Part shown: piece after piece, positions 1 to 10,326 of the stretch
Layout of the letters: each line of letters opens with the position of its first letter
How positions within the stretch are numbered: the stretch's first letter is position 1
DNA from: an uncultured Holophagales bacterium
GTDB taxonomy: Bacteria; Acidobacteriota; Thermoanaerobaculia; Multivoradales; UBA5704
DNA: 64,000 bases
Assembly (NCBI GenBank): GCA_963842525.1
Contig: CAWJGT010000024.1
Location: 1-64,000 of the forward strand
Direction of reading: 5' to 3'
The notes under the pieces: model-generated
The model's input: only the letters and a program-made list of their open reading frames with translations
The model's database searches: none
What the model was told of the DNA's origin: nothing
Position numbers and translations under genes: made by a program

Positions 1-838
1 CACTCATGAAGCAGAAAGGTCTTGCCGGTGCCGAAGTCGCCGAGGAGGACGAGGAAGCGCCCGTGGGGTGAGGCCAGCCACTCCTGGACCTGCGCCAGAG
101 CGTCTTCGACCTCCTCCTCTTCCGCACCGACAAGCGAGATCGTGCGCATCCGTTGCTCGACATAAAGCCGAGGCGGATAGATAAGGTCGGCGGTGAGCTT
201 GGCGGTCTGGCTGGCGAGGTAGGCCCGAAAATCGATCAGGCCCTGGTATTCGACGAAGCTTTGGAGGTGGACCCTCTTTGCATGTGCCGCGTTTGCGAGG
301 TCTGGTATCGCTGGGGGACCGCTGTAGACCAGATGGGAAATCAGAGCAGGGTTGTTCTTCCGATAGGGCGCATCGATCTCGTCAAGAAAAGCTTGAAGAT
401 TCTCGCGGGAGAGCCCATGCTCGATCGCCCCAAGAGGAAAGATCTCCCGAAACGGACCGACTCTGCGGCCTATGAGCAGGTGTCCGGGCAGTCGCCGGAT
501 ATCCGCGTCCGGCTCATGTAGCCGGCAGACCGCTTCGACCTGGTCCAGAAAATCGGTCTCCTGCCCCCAGGGCTCGTGTTCCGGAGCCCCCCGATCGAGG
601 ATCTCCAGGATCTCTTTGGCAATTCTCGTCAGCTCCCCGTCAAGGAGGTTGCCGCGACTGGGGAGCGCTTTGCCGTCTAGCGGGCGCATCTGGAGCCGCT
701 GAAGCCATTCCACCTTTTCCCAGGCGCATGGCCGGACGAGGACTGGAATCACCGTCAGACCCTTCTCTTTTCCGCCGTTCGAGCAGCTTCGGGACCTCCT
801 CGGCGAGGATGAACTTCGAATTCAGGAAGTCGACCGAG
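1..838 (-). pseudogene. 3' part of IS-interrupted TIR - NACHT/STAND NTPase gene (continues beyond window start)
   Basis: Manual minus-strand translation: VDFLNSKFILAEEVPKLLERR (TIR continuation), a 1-nt frameshift near 760, LTVIPVLVRPCAWEKVEWL...LQSFVEYQGLIDFRAYL...YPPRLYVEQR, then Walker A FLVLLGDFGTGKTFLL at ~15-60. Confidence 0.8.
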
Positions 839-1079
839 TGTCCGGCGTCAACTAGATTTGAGGGTCGGCGACAATTAGAACTGCGGGATCCTCCTCCAGT
901 TCGTGTCAACACTCCTACGGGGGGCGGGGGGGCTTCTTTTAGGGGGCCAGGTGGGGGCTGGTCGGCTTTTGACCTCCTTCCGGGGGCAGGGACTTAGCAG
1001 GGAAGGATGCCCGCAGCTGCGGGCATCCTTCAGCGATTGCAAGTATGCGCCGTAACATGGCCTATCCAAGCTCCGGAGC

Positions 1080-1855
1080 TCATGCCCCGCGGGCCCCCTT
1101 GGCTCCTGCAGCTCTCTCCTTGGCCGCCTGCGCCCGGTAGCTCTCGATGCTCACTCCAGGATCACCGAATGATGGACGATCCGATCCACCGCGGCCGCCG
1201 TCGTCATCGGGTCCTTGAAGATCTGCTCCCACTTGCTGAACACCAGGTTGCTGGTGATCAGCACCGAGCGCCTCTCGTACCGCTCGGCGATCAGGGTAAA
1301 CAGAACCTCCATCTCCTCGCGGCTTTGCTCGACGTAGCCGAGGTCGTCCAGGATCAGGGCTTCGAATCGGTCCAGCCGCTTCAGCTCGGCCGCCAGACGC
1401 AGATCCCGCTTCGCGGCCAGAAGCCGCTGGACGATCTGATACGTCGGGGAAAACAGCACCGTCCGGCCCCCGCGCACCAGCTCCTGGCCCAGACCGCAGA
1501 CCAGGTGCGACTTGCCCGTCCCAGGGTTGCCAAACACGATCAGATTGGTGGCTTGGTCCAGAAACGAGCCGTCCTGAAGAGCGGCCAGGGCCGCCCTGGC
1601 CTTGGGCGGAAGCCGGCCTACCTCGAAGCCCGCCAGGCTCTTTTCCCGCGGCAGCCTGGACTCCTGAAGCAGTCTCTCGACCCGGCGCTCGCACCGTTCG
1701 CTGGCCTCTTGCTCGGCAAGGGCCAGAAGATACCCCTCGTGGGTGAGCCCCCCACGCACCGCCTGAGCGGCCACCGTCGCGTACTCCCGGGCGAAGGTCG
1801 GCAGGCACAACGACTTCAGCAGCAGCGGCAACCCCGCCTCGCTGGCCGGCTTCAC
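1080..1855 (-). CDS. istB: IS21 helper ATPase IstB (1-nt frameshift near 1152)
   Basis: Walker A GNPGTGKS, Walker B LILDDLGY, ITSNL, DRIVHH; GTG start overlaps the istA stop; the typical C-terminus SIESYRAQ is in another frame ending at 1080. Confidence 0.9.
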
Positions 1856-3327
1856 AGGCCACCTCCTGCCGCGGCGATGCACTCGTCGTAGACCCGCAGG
1901 TCCGGAGGATCGATCCGGCACACCGGCGGCTCCAGGCGCACCGGCCGAAGGGCCGTCTGTACCTGCGCGAAGTCCCGCAGCTCGCCGCCCTCCAACAGGG
2001 CCGAAAGCGCACCCTCCACCGCGCTTTCTCCCGTGCTCGCCGCCAGGTGCAGAATCCGCACATACTCCACGTCCGCCCGCGCTCCGTGACGCCCCTCCAG
2101 CGCATCATAGGTCTGCCGGAAAACCAAGCTCGGAAACAGCGCCTCCCGGTACCGGTAGCGCGCGAACGCTCCCGGCTTGCGGATCAACGACCAGATCAGG
2201 TGGCGATAGTCGATGGCGGCGTGACCGCGGCCCCGCAGGCGCTCCATCTCGGCCACCCGCTCACCGGCAAAGTGCACCTCGATCCGCTCCGCATACAGCC
2301 GAATGTCCACCCACTCGCCGATCAACCGCGAGGCCACCGAGTAGACGTTGTTGGCCACCCGCAGGGTCGAAAACACGCTGACCCGCACCCGCTCCCGCCG
2401 GAAGTCGTCCAGGCGCGACAGCGGCAGATCCCTCATCCGCTCCAGCTCCTCGCGCAGCTTGACGGCTCGGCCACGGTTGCGCCCCGAAAAGATCTCACCC
2501 AAAAACACCTCGTACGCGGCGCGGCTCGAAAACTCCCGGCCCCCCCGCAGCAGAAGCGCCTGCTGGACAGCCCGCTTGAAGCGGTGGTGCGCCTGCTCCA
2601 CATCGCCGTTTTCGTGGCCACGCCCAGGGGTGTTGCAGTCGGGCTGGACCTGGTAGTGCGCCAGCGCACCCAGGTAGCGCTCGTTGAACGTCCGGCCCCC
2701 CTCGCCCAGCTCGTGGGTGGCCGCCGAAAGGTTGTCCGTCCGGTGTAGCTTCGGCACCTTGCTCAACTCCCAGACGGCGGCCTGGAAACCCCCGATGAGA
2801 GCCTCGAAACTCTCCGAAAAGCAGATCCCGCCCGTCTCCCAGTTCGAATACGGCAACACGAAGTGGAACATCAGGTGGTCGAACGGCTCGCCCCCGAGGC
2901 AAATCCCCAGCTCCGTCATGCTCGTGAAGTCGCTCTGGGCGTACTCCCCCGGCCGGTGTTCCTGCGCGAACATGACCTCCCGCTCGGGACCCTGCGACGC
3001 CCGCCAACGGCGGATCCGCCGCTGCAATGTACGCAGCTGACCGTCCGAAAAGCTCAGCTCCGGCCGCCCCCTCAGCAGCTCGAAGATCGTCACCGCCTCC
3101 AGGCCGGGCGCCTGCTTGAGCATCCCTTCGATCTCCGGCCACACCCCGGCAAACGGGTCCGGCCGGGTCCGATACTGCCGCATGACCTTGCGCTGGCCCG
3201 GAAGCGCACCCTCGCGATACCGCCGTGCCGTGTTCTCACTCATCCCAGAGCGCAGAGCTGCGCTCGACAGCGACTCTCCCTTGCCAAGTTCCATCCTCAA
3301 CCTCCTTACCTGCTTATCCGTCAACAT
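1852..3327 (-). CDS. istA: IS21 DDE transposase IstA
   Basis: 491 aa; N-terminal HTH, EHRPGEYAQSDF, TDNLSAA, HENGDVE, NNVYSV motifs typical of IstA. Confidence 0.93.
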   Translation of the reverse strand: MLTDKQVRRLRMELGKGESLSSAALRSGMSENTARRYREGALPGQRKVMRQYRTRPDPFAGVWPEIEGMLKQAPGLEAVTIFELLRGRPELSFSDGQLRTLQRRIRRWRASQGPEREVMFAQEHRPGEYAQSDFTSMTELGICLGGEPFDHLMFHFVLPYSNWETGGICFSESFEALIGGFQAAVWELSKVPKLHRTDNLSAATHELGEGGRTFNERYLGALAHYQVQPDCNTPGRGHENGDVEQAHHRFKRAVQQALLLRGGREFSSRAAYEVFLGEIFSGRNRGRAVKLREELERMRDLPLSRLDDFRRERVRVSVFSTLRVANNVYSVASRLIGEWVDIRLYAERIEVHFAGERVAEMERLRGRGHAAIDYRHLIWSLIRKPGAFARYRYREALFPSLVFRQTYDALEGRHGARADVEYVRILHLAASTGESAVEGALSALLEGGELRDFAQVQTALRPVRLEPPVCRIDPPDLRVYDECIAAAGGGL

Positions 3328-3436
3328 CAGCCCCCCAATTCATGAGGGGCAAGAGCCTACGGGACAAGCGTTTACGAGGACTGGAACCCCGCAATTCTAA
3401 TTGTCGTCACCCCGCAGTTCTAATTGTCGCCGAACA

Positions 3437-3633
3437 ACCGAGATCAAGAGGACGGCGACGCTCGCGCGGGCCATGGCTGCCTGGATCTCCTCGAACCAGT
3501 CCGAACCCGCTCCGATGCGGCGGTCGTCCCAGGTTTCGAGGAGCCCCTGCTTTTCCAGGACGCCCAGGTGGGTCCGGAGGCGGTCCTTCCACACCTCGTC
3601 CTTGTGGCTGTAACTCAGAAATACGGAGGGCAT
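3437..3633 (-). pseudogene. 5' part of TIR-NACHT gene (TIR domain N-terminus) cut by IS21
   Basis: MPSVFLSYSHKDEVWKDRLRTHL...WDDRRIGAGSDWFEEIQAAMARASVAVLLIS is TIR_2-like; joins in frame to 838 when the IS and one target-duplication copy are removed. Confidence 0.88.
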
Positions 3634-3667
3634 TCGCGAATCCTATCCCAACCGATGCGATGAAGAA

Positions 3668-3823
3668 CCTCACCCCCTGTCCCCCTCTCCCGTCTCCCTT
3701 CCACCCCCCGCCGGGAGAGGGGGGACGTTGTTGATGCCTGGGTGGCGAGCTCGCGGAGGAGGCCCCGGATGCGTCCCCCCTCTCCCGGGGAAGGGAGGGT
3801 GGGAGATGGGAGAGGGGGACAGG
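3668..3823. repeat. Inverted pair of REP-like palindromes (CCTCACCCCCTGTCCCCCTCTCCC...GGGAGAGGGGG family)
   Basis: Two hairpin units in opposite orientation; the same motif recurs at ~4486, ~4620, ~43933 and ~46967. Confidence 0.75.
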
Positions 3824-3884
3824 ACTTTGACGGAGCCCTGAAACACCTATATGCCGTGACAAGCCTGGGAGGATTTCGTCGCAA

Positions 3885-4417
3885 TATGTTGCACCTCCGC
3901 CGTCAACGGCGCATTGACCGGACTTATAGCGATATTGCCTGCAGGAAACGTCGCAATGTCTCGGTTCAACGTTGCATTGTCCGTAGTCAATGCGACATTG
4001 CCGGGTCTCCGGGAGGCGATGCCTCTCCTCCCCGCTGCGCAAGGTGCTCTTCTCCTGTGGTTGAGGACGGGTAATGTCGCAAAGCCTCGGCTGAAGCACC
4101 TGCGATCTTGACCTTGTGCGACATTGAACGAGTGATTCGGCACGTTGCGTGTGCTTAACGCGACAATGTGTCGAGGCATTGTCGCATTACCTGGGCATCT
4201 CGCCTATTCGAGGCGGGTTTGTGCTTCGAGGAGTCCTGGGAATGTCGCAATTTCCCTGGACAAGAGACCGAGACGGACAGTCTTCGCTTCTTGCGGTACA
4301 CCCCTCAGGGAGACAGGTGATCGAAACGCGACATTTGTCCGGCTTATTGCGGCAATCTATAGAGTCGATGTGGCTCGGAGCGCTCCGAACGGCGCGGCGA
4401 GCCGGGGCATTGCGACA
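3885..4417. repeat. Degenerate 21-bp-phased motif tract (AATGTCGCA / AATGCGACA)
   Basis: 9-mer variants at 3905, 3947, 3968, 3989, 4073, 4115, 4157, 4178, 4241, 4325, 4346, 4388 and 4409; all offsets are multiples of 21. Confidence 0.75.
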
Positions 4418-4446
4418 TTAGTTGTCAATGCGGGAGTCGGGCCCTA

Positions 4447-4718
4447 GAGGGTGTCTCGAAAGTCCTGCTGCCGGCGTGGCCGTATCCTCACCCCCTGTCC
4501 CCCTCTCCCCTCCACCCCCCGCCGGGAGAGGGGGGACGTAGCGGGGCGTTCGTGGCGAGCCCGATGTCAGCGCTTTTTGAGGCACAGGGTTGCGACCTCG
4601 TCTCGGGTGCACCAACCGCGTCCCCCCTCTCCCGGGGGCGGACGGGTGGAAGATGGGAGAGGGGGACAGGGGGTGAGGATGCATGGCCACGCCGGCAGCA
4701 GGGCTTTCGAAACACCCT
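4447..4718. mobile_element. MITE-like element with ~65-bp terminal inverted repeats containing REP-like palindromes
   Basis: Left end GAGGGTGTCTCGAAAGTCCTGCTGCCGGCGTGGCC... matches the reverse complement of the right end ...GGCCACGCCGGCAGCAGGGCTTTCGAAACACCCTC; no transposase inside; lies right after the PBP stop codon. Confidence 0.65.
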
Positions 4719-4719
4719 C

Positions 4720-7240
4720 CTACTCCGGCGGCTTCCGGTCCTCGCTGGCCTGCTTGTCGTCCCCCTTGTCTTTGCCGTCTTTGCCGAAGACCTTCTTGAA
4801 CCAGTTCCGGACGGTCCGGGGCTTGCGTTCGCGGCGGTTCTCGACGGCTGGGGCGATCTCGTCCTCGTCTCCCCTCTCGCCTTCCTCCGACGACCGCTCG
4901 ACGACGGCTTCCGCCACTCCATCCCCGTCCAAGTCGGCGACCTCCACCTGATACCAGCTCTGGTGGCGGTCACAGGTCTCCATGGGGACCTTGCCCTGGC
5001 GGAAGACCTCGGTGAGGACATAGGGGCAGTACTCGGTGGCTAGCAGGCCGGTGGTGGGGTCGATGACGGCCGTCGTGATGCCCGGCGGCTGCCGGAAGCT
5101 CGAATAGCCGGTCCGTGGGGCGACCCGGGAGGTGAAGCGGACCCAGATCGGCAGCGCCGCCCGCGCGCCGGACAGCCGGGTCGAGGAGTTGTCATCGTAG
5201 CCCACCCAGACCACGGTCGCCCGTTCCGGCGCGTAGCCGCCGAACCAACTGTCCCGGCGCTTGTTCGTGGTACCGGTCTTGCCGGCGACGTCCCCCTGGA
5301 TCCCCGCCGCGGCGCCGCGCGCCGTGCCGCGGACGAGCACCCCCTGGAGGAGCGAGGTCACCAGGTAGGCCGTCTGCCGGGAGAGCACCCGCTCCGGCTT
5401 GGGCAGCGCCGCGCCCTGGACCGGCTTGCCGTAGCGGTCAAGGACCGCGGTGAGGCCGTGGACCGGAGGCCTCACCCCTTCGTTGGCCAGGGTGGCATAG
5501 ACCCAGGCGCAGCTCCACGGGCGTGACCTCGACGGCGCCCAGGGCGACCGAGGGGAAGGGGTCCATCTTGCCCGAGATCCCCATCTCGTGGGCGAGGTCG
5601 ACGATCTCCGGCATGCCGACCTGCAGCGCGAGCCGCGCCGTGGCCGGGTTGTAGCTCTTCTCGATGGCGGTGCGCACCGTCACCCAGCCGTGGAAGCTGC
5701 CGTCGTCGTTCTTCGGGCTCCAGCGGAGGCGGGCCAGCCGCACGGTGAGCGGCGTGTCCTCCAGGAGGGTGGTCGGCGATGCCTTGCCCGACTCGAAGGC
5801 GGCGGCGTAGACGACCGGCTTGAAGGCGCTGCCCGCCTGCCGGAGGGCGCGGCCGGCGCGGTCGAACTGGCTGCTGGCATAGTCCCGGCCGCCGACGTAG
5901 GCCACGATGCCGCCCGTCTTGGGATCGACGGACACCAGCGAGGCCTGGAGAGGCTTCCCGGTCCGGCCCGTGCGGCCTTTCTCGTATCCCTTCTCGGCCC
6001 TCTCGAGCCCCTCTTGCACCGCCTTCAGGGCCTCGCGTTGGCTGCGCCAGTCGAGAGTCGAAAAGAGGACATAGCCGGCGTCGGCCAGCTCCTCGAGGCC
6101 GAACCGCTTCTGGGCCTCGACGGTCATGGCGTCGGCGAAATAGGGGGCGCGGCGGCGGACGACCGGCTCGGGCGAGAGGCTCATCGGCTCGGCGAGGGCG
6201 CGCTCGATCCGCTCGGGCTCGGCGAGCCGGAGCTTGCGCATGCGGCCGAGCACCCAGTCGCGGCGCTCCTTCGCACGCTCGGGGTGCGCCAGGGGCGACC
6301 AGCTCCCGGGCGACTGGATGATCCCCGCCAGGGTGGCCGCCTCGGCGAGGTCGAGCTGGCCGGGGTCCTTGCCGAAGTAGGCGCGGGACGCGGAACCCAC
6401 GCCGAGCAGCGAAACGCCGCCACTGCTCCCCAGATAGATCTCGTTGAGATAGGCCTCCAGGATGTCCCGCTTGGAGTACCGCGCCTCCAGCAGGACCGCC
6501 AGGAGCAGCTCCCGGACCTTGCGCCCCCAGGTCCGCTTCTGGGAGAAATAAAGGTTCTTGACGAGCTGCTGCGTCAGCGTGCTCCCGCCCTGGCGGATCT
6601 GGCCGCCGCGGAGGTTGACCCACACCGCCCGGGCGATGCCGCTGGGCGAGAACCCGGAGTGTTTGAAGAAGCTGTCGTCCTCCGCGGCGATCACCGCGTG
6701 GACGAGGTCTTCCGAGACCTCGTCGACCGTGACCGGGCGCCGTTCCTGGAGGTGATCGTCGTAATAGGCGCCCAGCAAGGGGGGCTCGAGGGCCACCGAC
6801 TTCGCCGTCCGGCCGTCGACCTCCAGGCGGGTGATCCGGCTGCCACGCCAGGCCACCTCGACGATCCGGGAGCTCCGCTTGCCGTCGGGCAGCGAGAAGC
6901 TCCGCTGGTGCACGGCGAGGCTGGACCTGGTCCGGCGGTAGCTCCCGGTGGGGAGAGGGGACGCGCCCTCATGCTCGCGGTACCCCTCGTACTCGAGGTC
7001 TTCGATCAGGCGGTCGGCCGGAAGGCTCCGTCCCGCGGCGAGCACCGTCGGCCGGCCGTAGAGCCGCGACGGCTGGCGGTAGGTCAGGTCGTCGAACTGG
7101 CTCGACAGGTGCCAGAACGGCCGGATGACGAAGACGCCGATGGCGAGGAAAATGACGGCGAGGAAGGCCAATCCCCACCGGATCTTCCGGCCGCGGGGCT
7201 GGGCTTTGGCAGAGCGGACAGCGCGTCGAACGACTGACAT
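4720..7240 (-). CDS. mrcB: Class A bifunctional penicillin-binding protein (PBP1B-like), frameshift near 5500
   Basis: N-terminal TM, UB2H-like region, transglycosylase motifs EDDSFFKHSG, GGSTLTQQLVKN, YLNEIY; transpeptidase GSAFKP, SYN, and KTGTT in the second frame. Confidence 0.85.
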
Positions 7241-7408
7241 CGCAGGGGCCGTGTGCAAGAAGCAATCCACGGAGCCGGACCATCTTGCATGGTTCGGTGC
7301 CGTTTGTCGAACCGGGAATCCCGGGCGGGCCTCCGATCGTTCTTCCCGAAGAACCGCACCCCGCGGGTGCCTGTCTGGCTCAACCCTGGTATAAGATCTC
7401 CGGCTCGT

Positions 7409-9348
7409 ATGATCGCTGTCACCGATCTCGGCAAATCCTTCGGTCCCCAGACCCTCTTCGAGGGGGTCTCGATCCAGTTCAACCCAGGCAACCGCTATGG
7501 CCTCGTCGGGGCCAACGGCTCGGGCAAGTCGACCTTCCTCAAGATGCTGGCCGGAGAGGAGCTGCACAGCGAGGGGACGATCAACATCCCCAAGCGGCTC
7601 AAGCTCGGCGTCTTGAAGCAGGACCACTACCGCTACGAGCACATGCCCATCCTCGAGGTCGCCATGATGGGCAACCACGAGGTCTGGGAGGCGATGGTCG
7701 AGAAGGAGCGCCTCCTCGCCAACGCCGACCAGGAGTTCGACACCGACCGCTACGCCGAGGTCGAAGACCTGATCCTGCGCCACGACGGCTACACCCTCGA
7801 AGCCCGGGCCGGCGAGATCCTCGAAGGCCTGGGCATCCCGACCGAGATCGCACCGCCAGCCCCTGTCGACCTTGTCGGGCGGCTTCAAGCTGCGCGTCCT
7901 CCTGGCCCAGGTGCTCGCTTCCGACCCCGGCGCCCTGCTCCTCGACGAGCCGACTAACCACCTCGACATCCTGTCGATCCGCTGGCTGGAGAAGTTCCTC
8001 GTCGAGTACAAGGGGATGGCGATCGTCATCTCCCACGACCACCGCTTCCTCGACAATATCTGCACCCATATCGTGGACGTGGACTACGAGACGATCACCC
8101 TCTATCCCGGCAACTACGCCGCCTTCCTGGCCGCCAAGGTGACGAACCGGGACCGCAAGGAGGCCGAGATCGAGAAGCGCGAGGCCGAGATCGCGCGCCA
8201 CAAGGAGTTCGTCGACCGCTTCCGCGCCAAGGCCACCAAGGCGCGGCAGGCGCAGAGCAAGATCAAGATGATGGAGAAGATCGTCATCGAGCGGCTGCCG
8301 CAGACCTCGCGCCGCTATCCCACCTTCAAGTTCAAGCAGGGGCGGCCGAGCGGTCGGCAGGCGCTGGAGCTCGAGGGGATCTCGAAGTCCTATGGCGAAA
8401 AGCAGGTGCTCAAGGACGTCTCGCTCCAGGTGCAGCGCGGCGACCGGCTGGCCATCATCGGCCCGAACGGCATCGGCAAGTCGACCCTGCTCAAGATCGC
8501 CATGGGGCAGGTCGATGCCGACGCGGGCCGCACCGAGTGGGGCTACGAGACCCATCCCGGCTATTTCTCGCAGGACCACAACGAGGTGGCGAAGACGAGC
8601 CGGCAGACCGTCGAAGCGTGGCTGTGGGAGTTCGTCCCCGGCCAGCCCATCGGCTTCGTGCGCGGCAACCTGGGCATGGTGCTCTTCTCGGGCGACGACG
8701 TGAAGAAGCCGGTCGGCAACCTTTCAGGGGGTGAGGCGGCGCGCCTGGTCTTCTGCAAGCTGTCGGTGACCAAGCCGAACGTCCTGATCCTCGACGAGCC
8801 CACGAACCACCTCGACCTGGAGGCCATCGAGGCCCTGGTCGAGGGGCTCAGGGCCTACGACGGTACCCTGATCTTCGTCTCCCACGACCGCTGGTTCGTG
8901 TCACAGCTCGCCAACCACATCCTCGAGATCTCGCCGCGGGGGATCAACGACTTCCCGGGCACCTACGAGGAGTACCTCGAGCAAGCTGGGCGACGACCAC
9001 CTGGACGCCGACGCCGTCCTGCGCATGCGCCGCGAGCAGAAGAAGAAGGCTGCCACCGCGGCTAAGGGGAACGGCGACTTGGCCCCCTCCCTGGACGACC
9101 GCCAGCGCCAGAAGCTCCAGAGGGAGCTGAGCCGGAAGCTGGAAGAGGTCACCGCGGCGGTGGAGAAGGCCGAGTCCCGCATCCACGACATCAACGAAAT
9201 GTTCTGCGACCCCACCTTCTTCGACCGCACCTCGCGCGACCATGTGAAGAAGCTCGAAAACGAGCAGAAGACCCTCTCGGGCCAGGTCGAAGGTCTGATG
9301 GGGGAGTGGGAGAAGCTCGAAGAGCAGATCGCCGAGCTGGGTGCCTGA
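7409..9348 (+). CDS. ABC-F family ATP-binding protein (frameshifts near 7850 and 8985)
   Basis: Two NBDs: GANGSGKS / LSGG / LLLDEPTNHLD and GPNGIGKS / LSGGE / DEPTNHLD; no TM segments; C-terminal coiled coil in the 9025-9348 frame. Confidence 0.88.
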
Positions 9349-9464
9349 TACGGTCACTCACCGAAAGTCATGCGGGTCAGCTCCTCCTTGAGACGGCTCT
9401 GCTCCTCTGGCGGGCCGCTGCCCTGGCCGCATCTACAGATTCCAGCCGGGCCTTTTTTTGCGTA

Positions 9465-9500
9465 TTGACGGGTCGTTGTCGCCCGGATAGGATCACGCCA
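9465..9500 (+). promoter_or_regulatory. Sigma70-type promoter, probably leaderless, for the toxin-antitoxin operon
   Basis: TTGACG (9465-9470), 17 nt, TAGGAT (9488-9493), 6 nt, ATG (9500). Confidence 0.6.
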
Positions 9501-9787
9501 TGATCAGAACAATGGGCATCAAGAACCTCAAGGCATCCTTCTCGGAGAACCTGGCCCAGGTCAAGGCTGGAGACGAGATCGTCGTCACCGAGCGAGGCAT
9601 ACCGATCGCGAAGCTCGTCCCAGTGCTGTCTCCCGAGGAGAGCATGGAAGATATGGCGCGGAGAGGGGTGGTTCGTCCGCCCACACGGACCATGGACCCC
9701 GAGGAGTTCTTGCGGCTACCTCGTCCCGACGACCCCGAGGGGCTGGTCCGTGCCGCCCTGATCGGCGACCGCCGGGACGGCCGGTGA
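9500..9787 (+). CDS. Phd/YefM-family antitoxin
   Basis: GIKNLKASFSENLAQVKAGDEIVVTERGIPIAKLVP is the prevent-host-death pattern; overlaps the toxin start. Confidence 0.85.
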   Translation: MIRTMGIKNLKASFSENLAQVKAGDEIVVTERGIPIAKLVPVLSPEESMEDMARRGVVRPPTRTMDPEEFLRLPRPDDPEGLVRAALIGDRRDGR

Positions 9788-10251
9788 GGTTCTGGGACAG
9801 CTCCGCGATCGTGCCTCTGCTGGTTCGAGAGTCAACCAGCAAGCGGATGCACGATCTCTATCTGAGAGATCCGGGGATCGCCCGCTGGTGGTGTACTCCG
9901 GTTGAATGCGCAGGTGCTCTGGCTCGAATCCACCGCCAGGAGCGGTTGCGGCTCTCCGACCTGAAAAGGGCGCAGATTACCCTCGGCACCTTGATGGAGC
10001 TTTCCTTTGAGATCCTGCCTCTGGAGAGCATTCGCCAGCAGGCGCAAAGGCTCATCGGCGCGCACCGCTTGCGGGCCGCGGACGCTTTCCAACTCGCCGC
10101 CGCCATCGTCTGGCATCAGCAGTTTTCCGGCACTGCCTCGTTCGTCAGCCTCGATGATCGCCTCCGCCTCGCCGCCGCACTCGAAGGCTTCCGCGTGATG
10201 CCCTACTCCGAAGAGGTCCACGAGCCGGCTTTCGACGGGCTCGACGACTGA
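9784..10251 (+). CDS. vapC: VapC-family PIN-domain toxin
   Basis: FWDSSAIVPL, VECAGAL, LRAADAFQLAAA, SLDDRL acidic PIN motifs. Confidence 0.85.
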   Translation: MRFWDSSAIVPLLVRESTSKRMHDLYLRDPGIARWWCTPVECAGALARIHRQERLRLSDLKRAQITLGTLMELSFEILPLESIRQQAQRLIGAHRLRAADAFQLAAAIVWHQQFSGTASFVSLDDRLRLAAALEGFRVMPYSEEVHEPAFDGLDD

Positions 10252-10272
10252 CATAGTCCCAGGGAAGGGGAG

Positions 10273-10311
10273 AGGCCCGGCGGGATCCACGGATCCCGGC
10301 CGGGCCTTTTT
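10273..10311 (+). terminator. Intrinsic terminator between convergent genes
   Basis: Stem AGGCCCGGC-GGGATCC / GGATCCC-G-GCCGGGCCT followed by a T-run. Confidence 0.65.
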
Positions 10312-10326
10312 CCATATGACGGGTCG

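Larger units (their letters stand above)
839..3436 (-). mobile_element. IS21-family insertion sequence, complete (2598 bp)
   Basis: Begins TG (839), ends CA (3436); both ends carry repeated (GG)CGACAATTAGAAYTGCGGG motifs in inverted orientation; direct repeat ACCGAG at 833-838 and 3437-3442; contains istA-istB. Confidence 0.93.

Noticed and set aside
3885-4417. CRISPR or integron attC array in the 21-bp tract
   Set aside because: The conserved motif is only 9 bp and degenerate with 12-bp gaps; no cassette ORFs or integrase.
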